This document shows positions 25,001-37,037 of a DNA stretch of 64,000 nucleotides, piece by piece (the stretch's first letter is position 1; every line of letters begins with the position of its first letter). The position numbers and the translations under genes were made by a program. This stretch comes from Octopus bimaculoides (taxonomy: Eukaryota), in NCBI RefSeq assembly GCF_001194135.2, contig NC_068991.1, positions 41,153,382 to 41,217,381 of the forward strand. Reading direction: 5' to 3'. The notes beneath the pieces are model-generated. The model saw only the letters and a list, made by a program, of their open reading frames with translations. It was not told where the DNA came from and made no database searches.

Positions 25001-26752
25001 TTACTACCTAATCTATTATTAAATACTAATGATATTAATGATTTCTTTGTTTAGGGAAATTTTACATTTTCTAAGTTACATAAGTTGCATAGTTATGGGT
25101 TGCCCTTTGGCAAGGTAAAGCACCCATTCAGCCACTCTGCCATGGACATGGTGAAGTCATGGGACTACAGCATGGTGGATAGTGAAGAGGTAGCAGAAGA
25201 GCTCAACTTAGCTATTGGTGCTTCTTTCATTGAAGCTGAGCAGAGGAATCCTAGAAGATCAAGAGTCAGGATCACCAAGCTCTATCAAGAGAGTAGCTGC
25301 AATGCATCTATAGAGGCAGTCCATGGTTGTGTAACCAACCAATGAAAGATTCACTATGACTCAAGCTCCCAATTCAAATTTATAATAATGGAATTAGATG
25401 CTGACAGAGAATCATAGGAATACGTGAAAGCAGTGTAACTGATCGACTGAAGTTACATAAAAACTTGTGACATTTTGAATTTCAAGCAGGACCATAATCT
25501 TAAATTTTTTTAATTTTCTCACATTGAAAATGTTGTTTATTATGTATGCTAAAAGAATGCAGAATCTCTAAAATCATCTATTCCAGCATATTTCGTTAGG
25601 TGGAAGATATAGAGAAAGCTTCTCTAGGTCAGAAGAATTGCAATAAATTGAAATTGCACAGTAACTGTACCTGAACCAGGCACAGTTACTGTGCTTGGTT
25701 CAAAACTCAAAGCCTTGAGTATATTTATATGGATAACAGATTTATTAAAGCTAATAATATTATAAATACTGTACTCATACTGTACTCAATAAACCCAGTT
25801 TTTAAAGATTTCTCAGTTTCTCAAAAAATAATAAAATAAAAATAAGATTTCATTGATCTTTGAATGAAAAAAAATTCTTATACTTTGTTTCATTTTCAAA
25901 TAACAAAACTTTTTAACGAAGAATCTTTAACACTCTTGGTAACAACCAACATGATTCTTGATACAAACTTGATGTTTTAACGGGATCTAATTTAAAACCT
26001 TCCATCAAAATTTCGTGTTCATTTATGTTCCAAAAATAAGCTTAATGAGGAATGGGTTATTTTACTAAAATCTTCATTATTTTCAAAATCAATTGGAACA
26101 AAGGCAGAGTGTTTCAACAGAAATATGGTAATGAAAGTGTTAAATTTCTGATAAAGGTTTCTGCTGATGGTTTTGTAATAAAACTCCATTATTATTTGCA
26201 ATTAGAACCATCATTATAGTTTTGGAGGCCAATGGAATGACAGAGAAATGGAGAAAATATCTTGCAGTATTTATTTTCAATCCCTAGTTACATTCTGAAG
26301 TTCAAATCCTGCAGGATCAACTTATACTTTTCAAAAGAATGAATGATTGAGTACTTGTCAAGGAAATATATTTATTCAACTATATCCTTCCCCTAAAATG
26401 TATGGCCTTGTGCTTATATTAGAGTCAATTATTTTCATAATTATAATTTGTAAAAAGCACTGGAATGGTATATACAGTTGAACACTGAACAAAATACCTC
26501 AGTTAAATCCATGAAATTCTGAATTAAAATTACACCAAGATTCAGTCTACATACCAGTTATAAACTGTGATTGATTCTGTCACTTGGTTCTCTTGTTAAT
26601 TTGTGGTTTGGTGTCAATGAGAAATCATCATCAACATTATTTCAATTATTGTTTTATAGTTTACACATGTATATCTAAATCCCCACTGTCCTTTGTATAT
26701 GTAAATCCTTATTGTTCTAAATGCCTTTTTCACTGCTGTAGCCAATAAAGGA

Positions 26753-26788
<36 letters not shown>

Positions 26789-27787
26789 TATAGTAGTATT
26801 AGTAGAAGTAGTGGTTGTAGTAGACAGTAATCTTGTGTATTGCAAACCATGGCCTAAAGATAGCACTTAAGAATTTGCCAACATTGCCTGGGACACAAGA
26901 CTGTCAGATTCATGCATGATAAAATTGTGACTTTTATATTAAAAACAAACAAATAAATAAATAAAAACTGTAGATGTTCATAAAGAGAAAAAGAAAAAAA
27001 AAAACAAGGATTATCATATTTTCGCTCTATGCATGTCATCATCAAAAAAGAGAAATTTCAACAATTAAATTTTGAGAAATATTAACAAAATTAATTCCTA
27101 TAACAAATTACAGACCATTAACTCCAGTGATTTTCATAATTGTTTGCTTGTTTGCCAGGTCTGTAATTGGTTTTGATTACTGCTTGCAAGATCATTAAAA
27201 AAAGTGTAAATTAATTTGATAATAAGTAAAAATAATAATAGTAAAACAAAAATGGTTCATTATTATTTATAGTCATGTGATCAAAAGTCAGAAATAGCTC
27301 TTGATTCTCAAAGATGTTACTGCTTTGTTTTCTTTCATTCTTTTTTGTTTTGTTCTGTTTTTTCACTTTGGCTGAGATGTATTAATTAATGTCAATAGAA
27401 TCCAAATGAGTTCTACAAATGACTGTTTGTCATGGGAGAGGACAAGGTCATTTGTTAAACTTTAATAATAAAGATTGTGGTGAGGATGTTTGAGTCATTC
27501 CTTGTTTTATAAATCGACCAGTAGGCCAATGGGGATTGTACATGTACAGAGATTCCTGTCTAAATACAGGCATTTGGTAATTTGATATAATATAAACAAT
27601 TTCTGACCAAAGATTAACAATTTCTTTCATTGATACTAGTCCATAAATTCATAGTTGATGACTATAGCCAATTAAATCAATTTCTATTCATGCATAGTAA
27701 CTATTTATTGACCCCAGAAAGGTGGAAAGCAAAATGAATACTGAAAGAATTTGAATTAAGATTGCAGAAGTCAGTATTTATTTTAGT

Positions 27788-27913
27788 TAATACAGTTCTA
27801 TATTTAAGAGATGAGGAATTATGTACATTATTTACATTTGACGGATATTTGTCCTCATCTTGTTTGTTGTTAAACCAACGTTTTGGCTGATATACCCTCC
27901 AGCCTTCATCAGG

Positions 27914-27974
<61 letters not shown>

Positions 27975-28128
27975 TAACAACAACAACATCAAAATACCTT
28001 AGGAATTAGAACCCAGGTTCAAAATTTCCCCAAAACACCTGATGAAGGCTGGAGAGTATATCAGCCGAAACATTGTGTTAACAACAAACAAGATGAGGAC
28101 AAATATCCATCAAATGTAGACAATGTAA
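27788..28128. mobile_element. Palindromic hammerhead-bearing retroelement, centre deleted, TSD ATTTATTTTAGT
   Basis: Same termini as the 36522-37037 copy; arms inverted around an (AAT)n array; 12-bp direct repeat at 27776-27787 and 28129-28140. Confidence 0.8.
28034..28079 (+). ncRNA. Minimal type I hammerhead ribozyme motif (Penelope-like)
   Basis: AACAC-CTGATGA-A-GGCTG(gagagtatat)CAGCC-GAAA-CATT-GTGTT: stem I AACAC/GTGTT, CUGAUGA core, stem II GGCTG/CAGCC, GAAA. The helix III ACGT palindrome is mutated to ACAT. Confidence 0.65.
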
Positions 28129-28249
28129 ATTTATTTTAGTGTTCTACTATTTTTGCCACTCCAATAACTGGTGGCCAACAAATAATATGCTTAAAAGATA
28201 TTTAAAAATTTGAAATTAGATTTATTTAATTTTAATTTATCTTTATTAA

Positions 28250-28469
28250 CCCTTCGTTAGCATATTTCTGCTAAAATATGATGCCTTTGTTTCAAACTGA
28301 TTTTGAAAATAAGGAAGAATTTAGTAAAATATCTGTCATTATTAAGCTACTGTTTGGAACATAAATTAATACAGAATTTTGATAGGAAGTTTCAATTTAG
28401 ATCATTTTGAAACAGGAAATTTATATCATAGAACCAAGGGTGGTCTCTGGTAGCTTGGCATCAAAAGGG
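28250..28469. mobile_element. piggyBac-like MITE (220 bp)
   Basis: TTAA|CCCTT...AAGGG|TTAA. Related internal sequence, inverted, at about 23740-23900 and 25930-26150. Confidence 0.8.
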
Positions 28470-28700
28470 TTAATAGTGATTTTTTTTTTGAAAAGACAGG
28501 AAGCTGTTTACCTTTTTAATTGGGGAGAAGGTACAGTTGATGGAATATATTAATGTTAGTTATTTTTCGGTCCTAAAGAAATGAAAGGTAAATCAATCCC
28601 AGAAAGATTTGAACTCAAAAAAAAGCGAGAAACTAAGTAATACATGACATTCAGCCAACTCACCAATCTTTATTATTATTTAAAATATATATTTTCATGT

Positions 28701-28710
28701 TTTATTTATT
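28701..28710 (-). terminator. Candidate polyadenylation signals for GCHFR (two overlapping AATAAA)
   Basis: Plus strand TTTATT at 28701-28706 and 28705-28710, about 100 nt past the stop codon. Confidence 0.5.
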
Positions 28711-28805
28711 TGTTTTCATCTCTATTTGATATTTCTTGATTAGTCAGCAACACGTTAGTGTAACAAGTTAGAGTAACCAATACATTAACTTGGATCAAAG
28801 CAAAT

Positions 28806-28977
28806 TTAAAAACCATTTCTCTCATTTGAGGTAGTTGTATTATCTTCCTTACTTGCTGGTTTATGCATGGTCCAAATGCAAGTTTGACCAACGCCGGCCA
28901 TGCCTACCATGGAGTAACCTTTTGTTTCCAATTTATTCAGAACGGTTCTTGGAGGATCTGGGGTTCGGTATTCAATG
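28806..28977 (-). CDS. GCHFR: GCHFR exon 3 (Y-IEYRTPDPPRTVLNKLETKGYSMVGMAGVGQTCIWTMHKPASKEDNTTTSNERNGF*)
   Basis: Poly-T...ttgcAG acceptor, phase 2 completes TAC (Tyr). DPPR..L.KLE and GVGQT motifs of GFRP; TAA at 28806-28808. Spliced CDS is 36+95+172=303 nt = 100 aa + stop. Confidence 0.95.
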
Positions 28978-30399
28978 CTGCAATTAAAAAAAAAACTTTC
29001 CATTTTCATTTCAATATTAACAATATTTAAGGCAGAATCATTACCACCCAGGCCAAAATGATTTTGTCTGTTCTTACATTCTGAGTTCAAATTCCGTAGA
29101 GGTTGACATCCTTTTGGGGATCGACAAAATTAGTACCAGTTGAGTACTGGGGTCAATGTAATCGACTAGCTCTTCCCCATAACTTGCTGATCTTGTGCTA
29201 AAATTTGAAACCAATATTAACATCTTGTCAGGGGAGAATATTATTGATTCTTATTTTAATGATCCCATATGAATGAAGGACAAAGTCAACCTAAACAAGA
29301 TTTAAATTCAGAACTGAGAAGAATGAAAATGTATGAATGCATAGTATAGCTATGTACATCATTATTTATTAAATCATCCATTTATGATTAACAGCTGTTA
29401 TTATATTATTGCACAGTTTAAGCACAAGACCTGTGAACCAAGCAACCAACACTTTAGAGGGTCAGTCACATTGATTCTTCACTAGGTTTTTAATCAACTT
29501 GATGCCATCAAAAGAAATATGAAATCATTATTTAAAAAAAATAATTATATAAAATTTAACTACTATAAAGTTATTATTTCAAAATCAATAAATCTAAACA
29601 TAAAATTTCCAAATTTTTATATATTCTTTGATCTAGTGCTTTTATAACAAAGTACTTTTCCTTTGATAAAGTTACCAATTATGAATACAATGAATTACGT
29701 TTTTAATGCAAACTTCTCATGGTTCTGACACAATATTAATTTCAGTAAATGCATTTATAAATAACTGCAACATAAGATATTTGGGTGCTAAAGAAAAATG
29801 TATTGGCCCAATCTATGATTCACTGAAGTATAGACAGAAAAACTGACCAAACATATTTACAGATTTGATTCTTGAATGCTTAGAATCCATCTTCAAAAAA
29901 AGCTCAATGCCATTAGAAAGATCTTCAATGCAGTAATTAAACTAGAAAATATGGAAAAGTCTTCAGGTGGCTAATACAACACAGGGGGAACTATTTTGGA
30001 CATAGTTTCTGGTAAGTTTGCCTTTTCACTTAATTTAGACAAAAATTGGCATGATGATTTCAAAACTACAGTTAATTTTCTTCTATCATGTCGAGTTTTT
30101 TTCTTCCTTAGCTTACTCTTTGAATAAGCACAATTGTATTGTTTGTCTGTAAGCAGTAGAACTGGTCAGCTCTTTTTATTATTCTATTGATAACACTGGG
30201 GAACATTTTTGAAACACATTTTAAATGATCTTGCTTTTTGCAATTAATCCTACCTAATTTGGTGGTGATGGGTTCAGAAATGCCTTCAGAAAATTTCTAT
30301 CACATCAAGTTTTTGGTTAAAAAAGTATTTTGCCATTGAATGCAATACTGAAATAAGAAGCTGACACAAACCAAATAGCACTTTTTATAGTTTAACAAA

Positions 30400-31080
30400 T
30401 ATGTTACACAAAATGTTTAATTACACATCTTAGGGTAGATATTTCTGTCAAACTGGAGTTTCAGCTACTCAAAGAATGAACTTTGTCTTTGCTGCTTTAT
30501 GTGAATAAACTGCATCATGATGGTCTCTTTGCTGTGACCTGCATTAGACAACATAATGTTGGTATTCCACTTGCTTTGATACTTAGTCTCCATGTTCTTG
30601 ATGTCGTGGTTGAATCTTTCTCCTTGCTCATCGCTTATTGCCTTATGATTTTCAAGGAAGTAGTCCTGATGAAATGCACATTTATACTCATGTTGCAGCC
30701 CAGTGCTTGAAAACTGGTTAACAGGGTCTGCACAAGATCTTCATAATTTGATGGCTGCCTGTTTCCCAGGAAATCAGACACAACTGCAGCAAAAGCATTC
30801 TATGCTTCTTTTTCAATGCCAGACATGGTCTCCAAAAATAGTTCATCCTGCAACAGCCACTTAATATGTGGCCCATCAAACACATCAGTCTTAATTTCCT
30901 CACAAGACAAAACTGGAAACTTTCTGCTTAAGTATTTGAAGCAGTTACTGTCTCAGTGTTTCAACACATGTTTTGCACACCATGTGGGGTGTCCAGACTT
31001 TGTCTTGCCATCCAGTTTCATGCTAAAGTAAGGAATTAAGGTAAGCTTTCTTCACAAAATGTGTGATTTTGTTTCACTAC
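30400..31080 (-). mobile_element. Decayed DNA-transposon transposase, CMC/Chapaev3-like
   Basis: Minus strand CFKYLSRKFPVLSCEEIKTDVFDGPHIK..LQDELF...EKEA*NAFAAVVSDFLGN...NYEDLVQTLL.SFQALGCNMSINVHF matches the GxFVGPQI / FLGN / GCxMSxKxH pattern; in-frame stops. Superfamily name from recollection. Confidence 0.65.
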
Positions 31081-31199
31081 CTAATCCACAAATAAGCAGA
31101 AGACCCAGGAAGACATGGAATAAGGTGGTGAAGCATGATCTTTGGATGTTGGGTCTCACGGAGGTGATGACAAATGATTGAGACCTTTGGTGATTTGCT

Positions 31200-31510
31200 G
31201 TGCTTGAGAAGACTTGTCAAGCCAAATGAAACTGTAGTCATGGACAGTGCCAGTGACACATAAAAGGCACCCATGCCAGTGACATGTAATAAGCACCTGT
31301 GCTGGTGACACATAAAAGGCACTTATGCTAGCGATACGTAAAAGGCATCCACTACACTCTCGGAGTGATTGGTTTTAAGAAAGGCATCCAGTTGTAGAAA
31401 CCATGCCAAAATCAGGCTGGAGCTTGGTACAGCTCCCCGGCTTACCAGTTCTAGTCAAACCATCTAACCCATGCTAGTATGGAAAAAAGACATTAAATGA
31501 TGATGATGAT
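31200..31510 (+). mobile_element. RTE LINE 3' UTR with (GAT)n tail
   Basis: AAGGCATCCAGTTGTAGAAACC motif and CCCATGCTAGTATGGAAA...TGATGATGAT, as in the 39071-39279 tail. Confidence 0.8.
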
Positions 31511-32371
31511 AATACTTTATCAAATAAAAATATGTTTTTAAATACATGCAATCATTAATATCCTCGAGTTCTGTTTTTTATTTGAGCAATAATTTCTGGG
31601 TAATAAATAAGGAGAGAAAAAAATGTCAGAATTTATGTCAATGTCAATCTACTGTATTCAATCACAGCCCCAAGAGAATTATATAAATAGGAACTGTAAA
31701 TATATAGCTTACTGCCATATTTGTTTATTTACAACATAAAAAGAGGTGCAGTTAACAGGTTGTCAACTAAATGACTAACAAAATAATCTATTGGAAGCCT
31801 CTACATACTAGCTTGACTTATTAGAAATGACAACCAAATCACATCCTACTGTGGGAAGAACATACTGAATAATGAAGTCTTAGATAAACAGTCTAAAAAG
31901 ATGGTTACAACTGAAATACTTTTGCCCATAGAAATGCTGGGTTCAACTAACCTGGGGCCATACAACAACAACAGATGAGAAGTCATCAGTTTGTATACAG
32001 CCATTCGATCTATTTAATCTTGGTTGATGCACTTAATATTCAAAGGTTCAATACTGATTTCTATCTTCTTGTAGGGCAGGAACAGTAATAGAAGACCACA
32101 TGTCTGTTCACTCAATCTTGATTTATTAATAAAAATGAATTCTTAAAAGGTTCTCTAACAGCTAAAAAGGTTACAGAATTCACTAAAATCTTAAGATTGT
32201 GGATGGACTTTCATACTTCAATATCTAAACTTTCAAGTTAAATTTCTTTTACTAGACAATTTTCATTTCAACTGTAAACTTACAGTCTGATTGTAAGAAA
32301 CACTCCTCATGGTTCTTAGAATATGATCGTGAAATATAGCTTCTTAAAATAAATATAAACTGATTACTTAC

Positions 32372-32466
32372 TAGTTAGTGCCAAGCTCTTTGCATAGACT
32401 AGCTCCAAGATATTCCATCAACTCCACATCATTCCATTCGTCTCCAACCATTGTTGGTCCATTTTC
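32372..32466 (-). CDS. GCHFR: GCHFR exon 2 (ENGPTMVGDEWNDVELMEYLGASLCKELGTN)
   Basis: tttcAG acceptor, 95-nt open exon, GTAAGT donor, phase 0 to 2. Matches human EVGPTMVGDEQSDPELMQHLGAS. Confidence 0.96.
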
Positions 32467-32569
32467 CTGAAAGATATAAACTTAAAAGTCAGAAATATTT
32501 TGCACAGGACTGTTTCATAGCCTTAAATCAAGGAAAGTAAATTATCCTTCCAAAATAATTTGCATATAT

Positions 32570-32935
32570 AGAGTGTCAGCTGAAAAGTTTGTAGGCTGGC
32601 CAAGGCACTCTCATGGAATGTCACCAAATGAGATTAATTTTCCAACATAGTCCCCTTTGTGGTCCACACACTTTTTCCATCAATGTTGCAGTCCTTGGAT
32701 CCTGTTTCATCCTGTTGCTCAAACAAGCCATCAACAACAGATATTACATCATCATCACTGGGATACAGGTTCTCAACCAAATGTTTTTTCATTTTGGGGA
32801 AAAGTAGTCAGATGGGGCCAAATCAGGAGAATAGGGAGGGTGATTGAGTAGTTCAAAGTCACAGTCATGCACAGCAGCCATTGAAATCAAGGACTTGTGT
32901 ACTGGAACATTGTACTTGTGAAACAAGACACTCCC
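32570..32935 (-). mobile_element. Mariner 3' fragment
   Basis: Minus strand CACCCTCCCTATTCTCCTGATTTGGCCCCATCT = HPPYSPDLAPS, the mariner catalytic motif. Confidence 0.8.
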
Positions 32936-33053
32936 TAGACACAAGAAAATTTGTTTTAATACATGAATTCACATAAAAATTCTTGCAAACAAGATACAAA
33001 AAAATGAAGTAAAAAGTATAATAATGACCTCACTAAAGTCATAATACATTTAA

Positions 33054-33273
33054 CCTTTTAGCATTTAAGCCGGCCATAACTGATCCAATATTTCTACCTG
33101 CTTTATATTCAAACTGGTTTGATCTGGCTTCTCACACCTAGCCTAAAATGTAATTCTAAACATAAATGTTCACATCACTGAAATCTCAAAGCTATGAGAT
33201 AAAGCATGATTAATTGAAAACAATGTGAATAAATAAACATTACATTTGATAGAGTAATCTGAATACTAAAGGG
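33054..33273. mobile_element. piggyBac-like MITE, second family (220 bp)
   Basis: TTAA|CCTTTTAGCATT...AATACTAAAGGG|TTAA. Opposite-orientation copies at 43184-43376 and about 7808-8000. Confidence 0.8.
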
Positions 33274-35702
33274 TTAATCTATGTTCAATGACATCATTAT
33301 AAACTATATAATTTCATCAGTTACAACTCTCCTTAACCCTTGGAGATGGACAGGGCTGATCTATCAGCTGAAAAATTGAACGACAAAAAAAGATTGTATT
33401 AGTTCATTCAATTTCCTACAAAAATATATGTAGTTTTATATATGTAAAGCAAGTGCTTTATTTTTTATAATTAAAAAAAAAAAAATAAGTGTGTCCTTTG
33501 TAGGGCTTGTGAAACAGGCTCTGTCTTCTTGGCACTGAAACTCCAAATGAGACTCCATCTCCAAAGGGTTAAATTTCTCTTATACCTTTTGAAGGTATAC
33601 TTTCATTTATATTTATTTTCCAAGCCTGTTTTATATTACTAGTAGCCATAGATACTGTCAGTTATACTTCAAAGCCTCTTAGTGAAAAAGTACTTAATTA
33701 TAAGATCATAAAATTTAACTGATAAATGTAGCACTTTAATCTCCATTAAATCTAGAACTGAATTACTACTAGTCCTAAGTTTTTAGTAAAATAAATTACA
33801 CCGTTAAAGTGTATAAATTACTTGAGAAATATTTGGTGAATGTTCTTGAGAAAAATCCTGAGATTTCACTTCAAAATATTCATGTCTTAAAGAAAAGAGC
33901 AAAAATGTATGTACAAAACAACTTCGGCAGTTATCATTTTCAAGTGCATTGGCAGTTTAAGTGAACGAAATTGGCTTCAATTTGCTGCCAAACACTGAAA
34001 CCAACTCAAGATGCTTTGCTTCCCTCATAACTAATATTTAGCCTATAAAAGGCTTATCACCTAATCAAAACAATTTGAGAAAAATTAGACCTTGACAATC
34101 AAATTAAAACTATTGAGTAACTTATCCAGTTTGTAAATAAGAAACTAGTTCTTGTTCAGATCCAGTTCAGCAATGATCAAACAAACCTTTGATCTAAAAC
34201 ATTCCATTCCATGGCCATCCTGTCATTCTTCAGATAAGCTCTAATGTGCCTTTCCTTTTTTAAGACAGCGATTTGAAGGAGACTTGGCTGCTATTTCAGA
34301 TTAAGCAACTACATAGAAACTTTCTAGAACTGAACATATGTCAGTCATAAAGAAATGTACATTATCAATGAGGCCAAAATAGCTGAATGACTATCAACAT
34401 GTTACGGAATGTTGAAAGCTATACTGGTCTTGTACCATTTTTTAATATGAACACTGTAATCTAAAGTATTGCACCTATGTAGATCAAACAGTATTGAAGA
34501 AACATTATCAGTCAGGTGAACACTTTAGATATATTGATAGAAATAATAAGCAGATTCGATTAGTTATAACACAGATATGAGACCAAATTTTACTGCAGCC
34601 AGCTGTTTCTTTCCTAACTAAGGTTAATAACTATTTCTGTATTTTTGTTTAACAACCATTTGCAGTACTGCTTAATAGCTGTGTTATTAGCAGTGGGGAG
34701 AGTCACACATCTGTTTACTTTGCACTCTCTTAAATAAAAACTTCATGGTAAGAGCTTGTAAGTTGGACATGGTGCAGAGTGAGATAATGGAGGGAGGTTC
34801 TAAATAATGATTCTACTAAGAGATTCCCAAAAAAGGATGTCCTTAGTAGTTATTTAACCCACACAAAATTTAGCAGCCACATCCCTTTGAATAAATGCTT
34901 TGCTAAACCCAAATCTTAGGATTGTGTGTCTAGAATGCTGACTGAATGATGAAGTTCAACCCACACTGACATACAAGACATTCTATTGGTTAGTGTTGTT
35001 GCTACCAATGAAGATGATGAAGAGGAGGCGGAGCATAATTTGTGACAGGCATTCTTGAGACTCAATTATCTATTAAATTACATTGGGGTTGAACCATAAT
35101 CAATGTGACTTATCCAAGGCATAGTTAGTTATAACTAATTGAAACTACTTATTTCTATCAACATAATGTGAAGTGCTCACCTGATTGATAATGGTCTTTC
35201 TATATTGTTTGACGTACACATTTACAATGCTTCAGATTACTAATCTTGCATCATTTTTTATTAAGATACTCATAATCAGAAATTGTACAAGATTAGTATA
35301 GCTTTCAAAATTTTAACATTTGTACCAAAGGAACAACTTATTGTATAAAATTATCTTCTGGGTAACTGGCAGGGTGGTAAGGAGAAGATATGTTTGAAAG
35401 AAAGAGAATCCTGCACTAAACTTGTGTCCATTGCAACCAATGTGTTTGCTTTGAAAGAAAAGTCAATGGAGTTAGAAAAATGGTAAAACAATACCTGAAA
35501 AGAAACAACCTCAACAACTAAACCCATCAAACTATAATTCAGTGAGAAACAGTGGTTGGGGAACTGAATTATAAAAAATGCATTCATGTTTCCTGTGCTT
35601 CTTATTTCCTGTATCTAGTGAAAGTTTGTGTGTAAGATTTGGGTAATGTGATTTAAATACTTTGCCAAATGCTTTAAGTAAACATGAAAAATACACTTCA
35701 TA

Positions 35703-35875
35703 TTGTCTCTCATAGGTGCAGACATGGCTGTGTAGTAAGAAGCTTGCTTCCCAGCCACATGGTTCCAGGTTCAGTCCCAATGTGTGGCACCTTGAGCAAG
35801 TGTCTTCTACTATAGACTTGAGCCAACCAAAGCCTTGTGAGTGGATCTGGTAAACAGAAACTGAAAGAAGCTGGT

Positions 35876-35909
<34 letters not shown>

Positions 35910-36097
35910 TCCCCCACCACTGCTTGACAACTGGTGTTGGTGTGTTTATGTCCCCATAACTTAGCAGTTTGACAAAAGAGATCGATAGAATAAGTACCAG
36001 GCTTTAAAAAAAGTACTGGAGTTGATTCTTTCAGCTAAAAATTCCTCAAGGTGGAGCTCTGATATGGCTGCAGTCTAATGATTGAGACAAGTAAAAG
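35703..36097 (+). mobile_element. Full-length tRNA-derived SINE family A
   Basis: A-box-like TGGCTGTGTAGT, B-box-like GGTTCAGTCCC, CCTTGAGCAAGT core, central (GT)n, and the shared 3' region. Confidence 0.85.
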
Positions 36098-36521
36098 ATA
36101 GAAGATAAAATAAAGATAGTCATAAGGCCATTTGTTGACAAAATTCCTTATTAACATCAACTCCCTAGTCAGACTATTCACTCGTGGCATGTGCTTGATA
36201 GTACTATATGTAATGCTAGCACTTCAGATTTTTTTTAGACACATTTTAAATTATCAAAATCCTGTTTGGCATGTTTCATTTTGTAGACAGGCCAATCACG
36301 AAATATTGTTTCCTGAAGAATGACAATAACAATTTATAACAGTCTGTGCCAGATGGATGGATTAAACTGCTATAAATATGTCCAATAATACAGTTAATGT
36401 GGACATTTTGGAATAAGCTGTAGTATTGATGTAAGAAACACCATTACTTTTCAGTCAGTCAACAGAAATCATTTCATTTTGCTAAAGAATTCTTTGGCAT
36501 TAGATCTACAAATGAGGATGT

Positions 36522-36855
36522 TACAGTTCTATATTTAAGAGATGAGGAATTATGTACATTATTTACATTTGACGGATATTTGTCCTCATCTTGTTTGTTG
36601 TCAACACAACGTATCAGCTGATATACCCTCCAGCCTTCATCAGGTGTCTTGGGGAAATTTCAAACCTGGGTTCTCATTCTTATGGTATTTTTCAATGTAA
36701 TTATTATTATTATTATTATTCAGGTCACAGCCTGGAATTGAACTTGGAATCTTGGGGTTAGTAGCCCACGCTCTGAACCACTACGGGCATATGGCATAAT
36801 GGTTAAAAGTGCGGGCTACTAACCCCAAGATTCTGAGTTCAATTTCAGGCTGTGA

Positions 36856-36889
<34 letters not shown>

Positions 36890-37037
36890 TACATCGAAAA
36901 TACCTTAGGAATGAGAACCTGGGTTTGAAATTTCCCCAAGACACCTGATGAAGGCTGGAGGGTATATCAGCCAAAACATTGTGTTAACAACAAACAAGAT
37001 GAGGACAAATATCCATCAAATGTAAATAATGTAAATA
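36522..37037. mobile_element. Palindromic retroelement: head-to-head tRNA-like head + (AAT)n + hammerhead-bearing Penelope-like tail; 12-bp TSD
   Basis: Arms of about 230 bp are reverse complements about a centre near 36787. TSD AAATGAGGATGT at 36510-36521 and 37038-37049. A-box-like TGGCATAATGG (36792) and B-box-like GTTCAATTTC (36837). Hammerhead cores at about 36604-36648 (-) and 36941-36985 (+). Confidence 0.85.

Noticed and set aside
28978-29090. N-terminal part of the listed 28806-29090 ORF (MNSECKNRQ...)
   Set aside because: Intronic and SINE-derived; the real exon starts at the acceptor at 28977.
29861-30011. Plus-strand exon-like segment antisense to GCHFR intron 2 ending in GTAAGT
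   Set aside because: No frame is open from acceptor to donor, and splitting it would need an implausibly short intron of about 35 nt.
36786-36860. tRNA gene
   Set aside because: Has A/B-box-like motifs but no complete cloverleaf or acceptor stem; it is the head of a repeated element.
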